From: Octopus bimaculoides
Lineage: Eukaryota
Reading direction: 5' to 3'
Length of the DNA stretch: 33,941 nucleotides
NCBI RefSeq assembly: GCF_001194135.2
Contig: NC_068984.1
Location: 72,463,579 to 72,497,519 of the forward strand
Shown: in pieces, positions 24,871-33,941 of the stretch
Layout of the letters: each line of letters opens with the position of its first letter
Position numbering within the stretch: position 1 is the stretch's first letter
The notes under the pieces: generated by a model
What the model was told of the DNA's origin: nothing
The model's database searches: none
What the model saw: the letters and a program-made list of their open reading frames with translations, nothing else
Position numbers and translations under genes: made by a program

Positions 24871-25089
24871 TTGAATTGTAATAAGGTGATGGATTGGTAA
24901 ACTCAATGGAATGCTATTTACTTACTTTTTCAATGTACTGGTTTCAAATTCCACGGATAAAACACTTTTCCTTCCATCCTTCTGGTGGCTTAATAATATA
25001 TGAGCCAACCAGTACCGAAGTCTTCAAACGAAGTAATACTGTTTTATGGCGACGCAAGAAATCAGTATTATAAAATGTAATGGAAATAA

Positions 25090-25270
25090 TAGTTTCAAAT
25101 AATAATAAAAGTGATAATTTCAAATTTAAGCACTGGTTCTTATTTTATCGACCCCGAAAGAATGAAAGGCAAAGTCGATCTTAGTTGAATTTGAACCCAG
25201 AACGTAAAAAAAGACGAAATAGAGCAAAGCGATTTGTCTGACGTGCTAATTATTCTACCAGATCGCCGAC
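25090..25270 (-). mobile_element. SINE family A copy, inverted relative to the upstream array
   Basis: TTTTATCGACCCCGAAAGAATGAAAGGCAAAGTCGA..GAATTTGAACCCAGAACGTAA is the reverse complement of the family body. Confidence 0.88.
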
Positions 25271-25914
25271 TTATGCAAATGTAATAATGCAAGATTAGAA
25301 ACAGTGGGGAATTAGCTTAAGTGTTTCATCCCATTTAATTTAAATATGTTGGTAGAAAAGAGCTACAGATGTGATGAGTAGTTTATGGTTCGAATGCATA
25401 TCATTCAATTACGGTAGTAGTTTAAGAGTATTCTTAAGGCCGTAATTTACTCACACGCAGCATCTTCAGAGCTTTGTCGCTAATTCACTTCATAACCAAA
25501 TTGAAAACTTTTAACATTTTTGAAGAGGAGTCGCCCTAGCTCCATTTTGGCATTAAAAAATTAAGATTCGGTCCAGTAGGAAAAAGTTTACATCAAAATT
25601 TATAGCAACGTTATAGGAAAGTAAGTAACACCTCCTATCAAGTTTAGATCTAAATACCTTTTAAAAGCAAAATATATTTATTTTAGCTTCAATGATAGGA
25701 GAAAGCATGAGGAAATTCATAATTTTGGTCCCATGCAAAAAAAATTGTATCAAAAAAGTTGTGAGGTAAAATATCATGAAGAAAAAATATAAGACAAAAA
25801 ATTGGATTTAAGTTTAATTAACTTTTTTTTATTTTAAAGACAAACTATATGTTAATTAAGTTTAAGTGATAGAACACAATCCGAGAAATTTCATGGCATC
25901 AATCTCATGCAATG

Positions 25915-26285
25915 AAGTTTTAAAAGAAAAAGTTATGAGTGTTTGCTTCTCAAATTTGAAGGTGATAATATGGTGCTATACATTTTTATGAATATAGTTC
26001 AATGAGGGGGGTCTTTTGATATATGTCACCGACATCATTGAGGTAAGGAAAAAATTATCAGCGGCACCGCTAATTTGCAATTAGTTTAATTACATCATCT
26101 GTATTAAGTAATGCAATTATATCATGTAAATAGTCCCATAATATCTGCGACGAGAAAGTTTTAAAAGAAAAAGTTATGAGTGTTTGTTTCTCAAATTTGA
26201 GGGTGATAATATAGTTCTATGCTTTTTATTAATATAGTTCAATAAGGGGACTTATAATATATGTCACCGGCATCATTTGAGGTAA
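25915..26285. repeat. ~130 bp direct repeat pair (25915-26046 and 26156-26285)
   Basis: Both begin AAGTTTTAAAAGAAAAAGTTATGAGTGTTTG(C/T)TTCTCAAATTTGA and end ATATATGTCACCG(A/G)CATCATT(T)GAGGTAA, at an offset of 241 nt. Confidence 0.92.
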
Positions 26286-26378
26286 TTTTCAATCAGGTAA
26301 AATCTTAAATTATTAATTGATACATTAATCATAATAATAGCATAGCCTGGAAAAAAAACATGTAATACATAGAAAATA

Positions 26379-27229
26379 CAAGAGAAATAATATTCTTAAG
26401 ATTATAAACCCGGAAAAGTACAGGACAAGTTATTACACACAGAAAAGTTCAGGACTACTTATTACAACTGGTAAAGTACAAAGCAAGAAATTTTTTACTT
26501 GAAATATTACAGCTAAGGATAAAATTTGACTATTAAAAAGTATTTGATTTTAATTTACAAAGTAACATTATAATTTTTAAAATGTATCATTATTTTGTTA
26601 AAATATTGACCCACTAGACGACTGAAAAAATGAGAGCCAGAAATACCCATATAGCTAAAGTTTTATGCAAAGTTGAATAATATATATTCATTATGTAAAA
26701 AATAGTCATTGAGTCAAGGCTAAAAATGTGAAGACTTGGCAATAACTTAGGTAATAACACAAGCAAATTTTACTGTGAATTCGCTGTTATAGTTAGTTGT
26801 TACTATAATATATAACTAATGCTTGTAACATTCTATTTATTGTACTAACTAATTATGTACTACTATTATTTTTATAACCTATTTTCAAATTTCTAATTAT
26901 TAATTGAGAATACGTGCAAGAAATATTTCAATTGGGTTATTTTGTTTTTATTTTTAATGGAAGTAACAAGTAGTAACAAATAGAAGTAATAGCTTGTAAT
27001 AAAAATTTTAGTTTTAATAAAAGCTAATATTTTCTAAATCTAAATAGTTTTTTTGAATTTTTATCCTTAGTTGCAATAGTTTAAGTAAACATTTTCTTGT
27101 TTTGTACTTTACCAGTTGTAATAAGTTGTTCTGAACTTATCCAAGTGTAAACTTGTCCTGTACTTTTCCAGGTGTAAACTTGTGCTGTACTTTTCCAGGT
27201 TTATAATCTTAAGAATATTATTTCTCTTG
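26379..27229. repeat. long inverted repeat (arms 26379-26527 and ~27055-27229) with internal ~27 bp subrepeats; foldback/MITE-like
   Basis: The left arm CAAGAGAAATAATATTCTTAAGATTATAAACCCGGAAAAGTACAGGACAAGTT..TTATTACAACTGGTAAAGTACAAA..CTAAGGATAAAA is the reverse complement of the right arm. The AT-rich spacer is about 530 bp. Confidence 0.9.
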
Positions 27230-27468
27230 CTCACATTTTTCCATGTAATGGTAATATGATGCCCAATCAAAACCGAATGGCGTTCATTTTGTAACTATAT
27301 TGTGGGATTTATGTCTTCTACACCGATAAAATAACAACAAAATATGCACCAGTAACTTCTACCTTATGCCTTTGAGCATCGATTGTACATTTTCATATTA
27401 TTAATAAAAAAAAAGCAAAACAATGCATAAACAATAAATGTTTTTAATAAGTGTATGCTGTCAACTTT

Positions 27469-27605
27469 TTATTGACTCTCCTCACTAGCACGAAATTTGG
27501 AGACTGCGTGGCTGATTGTGCTTTTTAAGCTTTCTTTTGGTAACGAGGTGGAGCTGGTGAGGCTGGTAATATTGTCGGTATGACAATCTGCGTCTTCCTC
27601 TATGT

Positions 27606-27647
<42 letters not shown>

Positions 27648-28174
27648 CGGCGTGAGGCCGGATGTTTTTGCTTCTCTTCGTAGTGTGGAGGAACCAGAGT
27701 CTGTTCCAGATATGGGAGTGTTTGAGTTAGTGTTTATTAATGTGAGAAGGAAATGGAGAACTGGGTTAAGGGACACCATTGGTAGTTGCTTCTGCTGATA
27801 TTCTTGACGTTGGTGGTGATAGTTGGGCCGTTTTTTATTGCTGCTACTGTCACTACGGCTGCTACTGTTCTCTCTTCTACTGCTGTTTTTCCTACTAATG
27901 GTACTGTTGGCCATTCCGCCGCTGATGGAGCCACCGATACTGCCTTCTTCATTTTTGTGTAGTGATTTTGCTTGTGATACACTAGCCACCTTGGTGTTAT
28001 TGCTGCAATCTTTTTGCCTTGTTGTAGATATTGTTGTTGTAGCAGTGGCTGTTATGTCAGTGGGGGATCCCTCCTATCTCTATTTTTGTTTTTGATGTGT
28101 GGGCAGAAAGCCCGAAGATGATCTGTCATTCCACAGACATGACATGGGGATCGTCTACCCTGCACACTCTTAAC
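27469..28174 (-). pseudogene. gag/LINE-ORF1-like pseudo-ORF: CCHC zinc knuckle followed by an S/T/N-rich tail, with two frameshifts
   Basis: Minus strand from 28174 reads VKSVQGRRSPCHVCGMTDHLRAFCPHIK, a perfect C-x2-C-x4-H-x4-C at 28144-28103. After a 1-nt shift there is an open frame from 28073 to 27600 (EGSPTDITATATTT..NSSSRSDSSSNKKR..). Across the (CA)n tract another frame continues IEEDADCHTDNITSLTSSTSLPKESLK..SEESQ* to 27469. Confidence 0.6.
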
Positions 28175-28184
28175 TCATCCATTC

Positions 28185-28720
28185 GGCAGAATCAACAACA
28201 CTACCGTGAGCCACAAGTGCAGAGTGTGTGGTGAGTTGGGTAAAAAGTTACGGCACATCGTTAGAGAAACGCGAAATTGGCGTAACGCGAAATTGGCGTA
28301 ACGCGAATAAAAAAGACATTACAATGTAGCAAGAATGATCCATTGGAAGCTCTGTGGAACTCAAGGCCTACAAAGAGAAAATACGTGGTATGAGCAAACT
28401 CCAGAAGGAGTCACAGAGAATGAAAATTGCAAAATCCTGTGGGATGCAATGATTCAGTGCGATCACCTGATCAGACATTGGAAACCGGACAGTGTGGTGA
28501 AAAGAAAAAGGAAGAACATGCATAATAATCGACATATCATGTCCCGGTAACTGCAGGATCAAAGAGAAAGAAAAGAAACTGAACAATTATAATGACTTGA
28601 AGTGGGAATTACGAATGTTATGGTGAATGAAGAGAGTAGACGCAATACCAATAGTAATTGGCGCACGTGGAAGTATCAGCAATTAATAACCAACATGGCT
28701 CAAAAAGATTGGTACTAATA
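28185..28720 (+). mobile_element. R4/Dong-like retrotransposon copy 2, 5' segment (knuckle plus endonuclease region)
   Basis: Reads RINNTTVSHKCRVCGE..HIV, RHYNVARMIHWKLCGTQGL..TWYEQTPEGVTENENCKILWDAMIQCDHLIRHWKPDSVV, then YNDLKWELRMLW*MKRVDAIPIVIGARGS..TWLKKIGTN. It is homologous to 1734-2700 and carries a 16-bp tandem duplication at 28269-28300. Confidence 0.88.
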
Positions 28721-29639
28721 TTGGGTCATCCCATAAATAATGCGGGTTTTTTATACTTCTTTTATTTTTCAAAATTAAGATAAACAAATTCTATTTCAAT
28801 CTAATATATGTTCTCCTTCATTTTCTACAATGCTCTTCCATCTATCTGGTAGTCTTCCAAGGCCCCTCTTCCAAAATTCACTTCTCTTTGACGAAAAATA
28901 CTTCACCACTACTGTTGTGACCTTATCCACAGAATTCCTATTTTTTTCGTCCAAATTATTTTGAAGACGGCGGAATAAATGATAATCAGATGGGAAAATG
29001 TTCGGTGAATATGGTGGGTGGTGCAACGTTTCCCATTCAAACTGTTCCAGCCCTTGAAATATCATCCTGGCTGTATGTAGCCGAGCATTATCTTAATGGA
29101 AGAATACCTTTCGTCTTGAAACCAAAGATAGTCATTTTTCTTCTAGCGCTAACTTGAATGTCTGGTTGAGTGACCAAATCCAAGCTTCTCTGCTAGATCC
29201 TCAACAGTTACAATGGGATTTTGTTTCACCGGGGTTTGCAGGATGTCCACGTCGTGCTCTACATATCTTCGGGGACGGGGATCGTCTTCTAGGCTGTAGT
29301 TTCCGGCTCGAAATTTCTGGAACCACCGTTGACACTGGCTTACGCTCAGCTCCGATCCCCATATACTGTATTAATATTCTTCGCACTTTCCGTTGCGTTC
29401 TTGCCTTTATTGAACTCGTAAAGCAAAATATGTCGAATATGCTTCTTTGTCACTTCTATTACAGCTTTGAAAATATGTTAAAATCGAACTGCACTCTTCA
29501 AAACTTGCACTAAAAATAAGTACAAGGTAAAAATTTCTACCTCCTTTTATAGCAAGTTGATGCAGGTAGTTTATCCTGTCTCCCTCCGACTTTTACTTTG
29601 TGCAATTGAAAAAGCTGCATTATTTATGGGATGACCCAA
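28721..29639 (-). mobile_element. mariner (DD34D) DNA transposon, internally deleted, 919 bp
   Basis: TIRs TTGGGTCATCCCATAAATAATGC (28721-28743) and GCATTATTTATGGGATGACCCAA (29617-29639), with TA on both sides. The N-terminal HTH reads EVTKKHIRHILLYEFNKGKNATESAKNINTVYG/LSVSQCQRWFQKFRAGNYSLED. The C-terminus reads FH*DNARLHTA..HPPYSPNIFPSDYHLF, with exactly 34 residues between the two Asp. The WVPHEL linker and first catalytic Asp are absent. Confidence 0.95.
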
Positions 29640-29822
29640 TATAAAGGTAGAATACCTACAAAAATCAACATTATTTGGAACTGCAAGAATTCTTCGCAGG
29701 GTTCCTGGAGCATGATTGGTAAATAAGTGTCACTTTAGTTTTCTGGCTGTGGACAGCTGACACTTTCCATCATACCCAACAAAATAAGTTGTGAGTTTTC
29801 ATCAAATAATAGTAATAATAAT
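29640..29822 (+). mobile_element. R4/Dong-like retrotransposon copy 2, 3' segment (ORF end, 3'UTR, (AAT)n tail)
   Basis: Reads IKVEYLQKSTLFGTARILRRVPGA* (stop 29713-29715). The 3'UTR GCATGATTGGTAAATAAGTGTCAC..GTGAGTTTTCATCAAATAAT matches the reverse complement of 1734-1830. Confidence 0.9.
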
Positions 29823-30257
29823 GCCTTGAAATTTTGCCAGAAGGGCAGTCCTTTTGGGGAGAGGATGAGTCTATTACATCAACTCCGGTGTTTCATTGGT
29901 ACTTAATCTATCGACCCTGAAAGGATGAGAGCCAAAGTCAACCTCGGCAGAATTTGAACTCAGAACGTGTAGATAGATGAAATATCGCTAACCATTTCGC
30001 TCGTCGTGCTAACGATTCTGCCAGCTCGCCACCTTAATAATAATCATTTCTACTAGGGTACAAGGTCTGACGTTTGGAGAGAGGGGACTATTCGATCAAA
30101 TCAACTCTAGTGTTTCACTGGTACTTAATTTATCGAGCCCTAAAGGACGAAAGCAAAGTCGACCTCGGCGGAATTTGAACTCAGAACATGAAAAACAGAT
30201 GAAATACCGCTAAGCATCTCGCCCGTCGTGTTAATGATTCTGCCAGCTCGTCACCTT
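29820..30257 (-). mobile_element. SINE family A, two full-length copies head-to-tail on the minus strand
   Basis: CTAACGATTCTGCCAGCTCGCCACCTTAA (~30009-30037) and ATGATTCTGCCAGCTCGTCACC (~30234-30255) are reverse complements of the tRNA-like head. GAATTTGAACTC is the reverse-complement B box, seen at ~29950 and ~30171. Confidence 0.92.
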
Positions 30258-30259
30258 AG

Positions 30260-30272
30260 TAATGATAATAAT

Positions 30273-30348
<76 letters not shown>
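30260..30348. repeat. (AAT)n microsatellite
   Basis: About 27 units. Confidence 0.97.
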
Positions 30349-30589
30349 GAATGTCTGTCTTCAGGTTAAAGAAATGTTAACAAAAATAGGAACGCAGGAT
30401 TTCTTCGTTAATAATAATAGTGATGATGATGGACTCTCCCATCGTAGACGACGTATGAGCGTTGAGCTTTTGCCGAAAGACCTGCTCAAATGATATTTTA
30501 TAGTGATCAAATGTTTGTGGTGTACATTAGCTCACTCTCTCCATCAAATCAACGTTGTCTAAACAGGTGTTGAAATGGTCGCAGTGTCG

Positions 30590-30710
30590 AAGTGGTCGCA
30601 GAGCAACGTCAGATGAAATATTTAGCTCAAGAACACAACGCTCTATTCGGTCTAGGAATTGGAACGACAATCGCTAGATTGTGAGTACAACATCCTAACC
30701 ACTAAGTCAT
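30590..30710 (-). mobile_element. tRNA-derived SINE family C
   Basis: Reverse complement ATGACTTAGTGGTTAGGATGTTGTACTCACAATCTAGCGATTGTCGTTCCAATTCCTAGACCG..GCGTTGTGTTCTTGAGCTAAATATTTCATCTGACGTTGCTC gives a tRNA-like head plus a body as at 13727. Confidence 0.7.
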
Positions 30711-32641
30711 AATAAGTAATAACAACAATAATAATGTGCTGACCTATGTTAATTGATTTGGTTGAATATCATACATTACATTAATTTCTTGGGTTTTGTT
30801 TATGAGTATCTTTCACCACTTCGAAATCAATAAAAAGAATTACCAGTGATAAACAGAAAGTGACGATTCTATTGACTGTATTCTTCTCCTGTAACTCTAT
30901 GGCTTAATGCCGATATAAGAAACTATTATTAATTATAATAGAACAGCCGGTTCCATTGAGTTTCTGAACGGACATCTCTGACAGCAAAGATATCTCTCAA
31001 CTCAACATTATATTACAATATACAGGATAATATTTATAATAACACAATGGATGTGTATATCAATTGCAACCGTCGATGTAAGTTAGTTACAGGCATTGCA
31101 TACATATGTCGCCATGGAATAAACACTGAAGCATAAACAGAAGCTGTAATAATGACTTAGTCTTGAAACACATGATCACTGTTCACCCTTTTAGAATTAT
31201 CATGTATGCATAAAATCGCAGAACATATATAACAAGAGTTCAATACGAGTGTTCACAGCATAAAATAGAAGAAAGGAGGAAAATTTTAACCTGAAAAAGA
31301 GATGGACATACTATAAGAATATTTTCGAGTTACCGATTTAACTACAATCCTGAAAGAAAGTAAGCTTTAAAAATTACTGATTGGTTTCATCTCACTGTTT
31401 TGAAGTAATATTCAAATGTTTAATTTTGCTGTTCTTTATTGTTATTCTTGCTGTTCAACACTCGATCCAAAACTGATCGAGGTGACGTTTAGGGAAAGAA
31501 TTTATAGCTATAGTTACTCCTTCATGTCATTTTAAATGTTATGAAAGACTGCATTATTTAATGATTCATCCTTTACCGATTTATAAATCCGTGAAGTTTG
31601 ACTTGAGGGTAGATGGTTGACATTTTCCCCAGGTGATCAGTGGTAGAAAAACGAGTAAGAAATGAAAGCGATAAAATAAAGGAGTAATGCAGATTAGAAT
31701 GTGTGAAAAGAGAAGCAAAGGTTGCACGTTGCCTATTGAAATCAGTTGATGTGGCTTTCTAGTGACGTTAGTGTTTTATTTCCCGTAGAAGATCGGTTTG
31801 GAATTCAAGCAGATGAAGGAAGTTATGAAGGATGTTTGGACCTAGTTCAAGGCGGTTATCTTTGAAGAATGAGTGCAGGTGGAACCCTTTGGCAGGTGAA
31901 AGCTAATTGAGCCCTCTCTGCTCCCACCCCCAAATTCGAAGCGTACCGGCGAAAAGCTTGACTCTGCTATACTTGCTCAAGATACGGGAAAATTTCCAAA
32001 ACTACTGTAGATGCAGCTACCACTAGTAGAATATCTTGTAAAATCTTCAAGTAGATCCTGTACTTTTTGCGTAGAACAGAACATCTTTGGCGTTTATTTC
32101 TCTTATTTGACAATGAAATAACATAATCATTCCAATTCCTTGCTAATCTTTATCTATGTATTTTTTCTCTTGTTATATAACATGCTTTGGTTATATATAT
32201 AATTATAGGTAATTGAATAGAGCAGGCTGTAATAACATTTCTTCCTTCACAGTTTATCACGGGTAATACTTCTGAGAAGCGACAAACTTATGTTGGTCGT
32301 AGCCTTTTAATAGTCAGTCATTGCTTTAAAAAAATCCTTTCTTGGAGAGGTTGAATTTGCTGTTGCTAGTACCTTTGAAAGGTAGTTTTTCGAATGAAAA
32401 GAATTCTGCTCATGTGATTGTTAATTTTATTGATAAATCAATAAAACACTTTGCCTATTTCGATAGCAAAACTTTTGATTTAATAGAAAAAGTTCAGAAA
32501 CTTGATCCATTTCTCGTTTATCAACCAAAGATCACTGGACGAACTGAACTGAACGAATACTTAGCTGCCATTCATGAAATGAAAATAGCTGTTGATTTTC
32601 CCCCGTGTTGTGCCATTAGTATTGAAAATTCTGGCGTTCCG

Positions 32642-32642
32642 T

Positions 32643-32712
<70 letters not shown>
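32642..32712. repeat. (GTA)n microsatellite
   Basis: About 23 units; gives the poly-V in ORF 32342-32806. Confidence 0.97.
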
Positions 32713-32713
<1 letters not shown>

Positions 32714-32887
32714 ATATTTCAACCGCTTTTAGTGATTTCTTACAATGGCTCAAGACCACAATTATCTCCCGGTGGTACGCATACCTTCTTTGAGATAAGA
32801 CAGTAGCATGTATATTTACTAGTAAAATCTCAGATTTAGCAACTACATAAAGAGAAAAAAGGGGCTGGGTAAAATAAAAGTCCTGCT

Positions 32888-32893
32888 ATTACT

Positions 32894-32943
<50 letters not shown>

Positions 32944-32962
32944 GCTACTGTTGTTGTTGTTG
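32888..32962. repeat. (TAC)n-(TTG)n microsatellite
   Basis: Directly visible. Confidence 0.95.
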
Positions 32963-33941
32963 CTCTTTGTGTGACGTTTTATTTTAGATCTTTTTGTCTT
33001 TAATGCATGTGGAGGCAGAGTGTTTAATAAAATAAACTACCTGCAGAGTAATGGGTCGATGTAATCGATTATAACCTCCCATAAATTTCTATGCTCTCGT
33101 ATGTCCATGTTAAGATACTGTTATTGTCAGAATAATAATGTAAATAATGCTATCTAATTGAAGTGGTATTTTGTAGGGACCATTTACGTTTTAAATTCAA
33201 ATTCTATCGAAGAAAATACATACGCACACGCACGCACACACACACACATTAACGTTATTTACATATATCCGTTACTTTAGTTTTCTTTATATTTTCATCC
33301 TAAATTTGTCATTATACGAAGAATTTTTCTAATGTCTGTCCCCTACTTTGATACCTTTACGCTCACCCTAATTTATGTCCTTGCAAATCTTATAGGTTGT
33401 GAGCACTGTTGGAATAAATAATTTGGTTCAGCTGCCGAAATTTTGGGGAAGATTTCTAATTGACAACTGATGATCAGACTTCCCGGTATCCATTTGTGGT
33501 TTCTTTCAGTTTTACTGGAAAAACCCGTGTGTATCTTTTATTGTTTCAAATATGTGTGTGTGGGTGTGTATGTGTGTTTGTGTGTGCGTGTGAGTGCTTG
33601 TGTATGCATATGTATATACATATGTATATACATAAACAGGAGACAGGAAAACGGATAATAATGCAAGCAGAGAAAATGCTTCGTGTGTCTTTGTGTTTTT
33701 CATTCATTTAAGTTTGAAATAATAGTAGGTTAACAATATATATTAATTCTCATTATGGAATGGAATGCTAGGGATTTTGCATAAAACGAAGATTGTGAAA
33801 ATGTTGCAGAAGAATCAGTAAGATAATAATAATAATAAAATAATAGTGGTATCTGTCAAGCAATGGGTTATAGTTCCTAGAATAGTTTCTCATTTCACTC
33901 ATACACTGCTAACCATAATTATAATTCTGATTATTAATACA

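Noticed and set aside
31770-31910. Plus-strand acceptor TTTTATTTCCCGTAG (31788) with possible donors downstream
   Set aside because: All frames close early and no recognisable peptide results.
32342-32806. 154-aa ORF with a faint resemblance to Ulp1/SENP8 proteases (H..V....YFDS)
   Set aside because: Lacks the HW and QxNxxDCG catalytic motifs, about 24 codons are (GTA)n, and an open frame of ~100 codons is expected by chance in a window this size.

Overview
AT-rich eukaryotic draft-assembly sequence with 11 N-gaps, dense microsatellites and tRNA-derived SINEs. The repeat content resembles what I recall of octopus genomes (inference, not a database match). I found no confidently supported host gene exon, rRNA, tRNA or CRISPR array, and nearly all long ORFs in the track are microsatellite or N-gap artefacts. 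The interpretable content is transposon relics. (i) Two 5'-truncated copies of one R4/Dong-like non-LTR retrotransposon with a restriction-like endonuclease (1734-2700 minus; 28185-29822 plus), each ending tail-to-tail in the (ATT)n tail of the same SINE family. (ii) An internally deleted DD34D mariner (28721-29639, TIRs plus TA duplication) inserted into the second copy; removing it restores the reading frame. (iii) A gag/ORF1-like CCHC-knuckle pseudo-ORF (27469-28174 minus). (iv) Tigger/pogo-like and CR1/L2-like fragments. (v) Three SINE families. Unexplained structures are a ~1 kb minisatellite built on TTCCAGGAA (GAS/STAT-type palindrome), a degenerate Penelope-type hammerhead ribozyme motif, and a foldback-like long inverted repeat. 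Nothing here amounts to a demonstrated new biological system; the findings are testable leads. Coordinates of degenerate elements are approximate.
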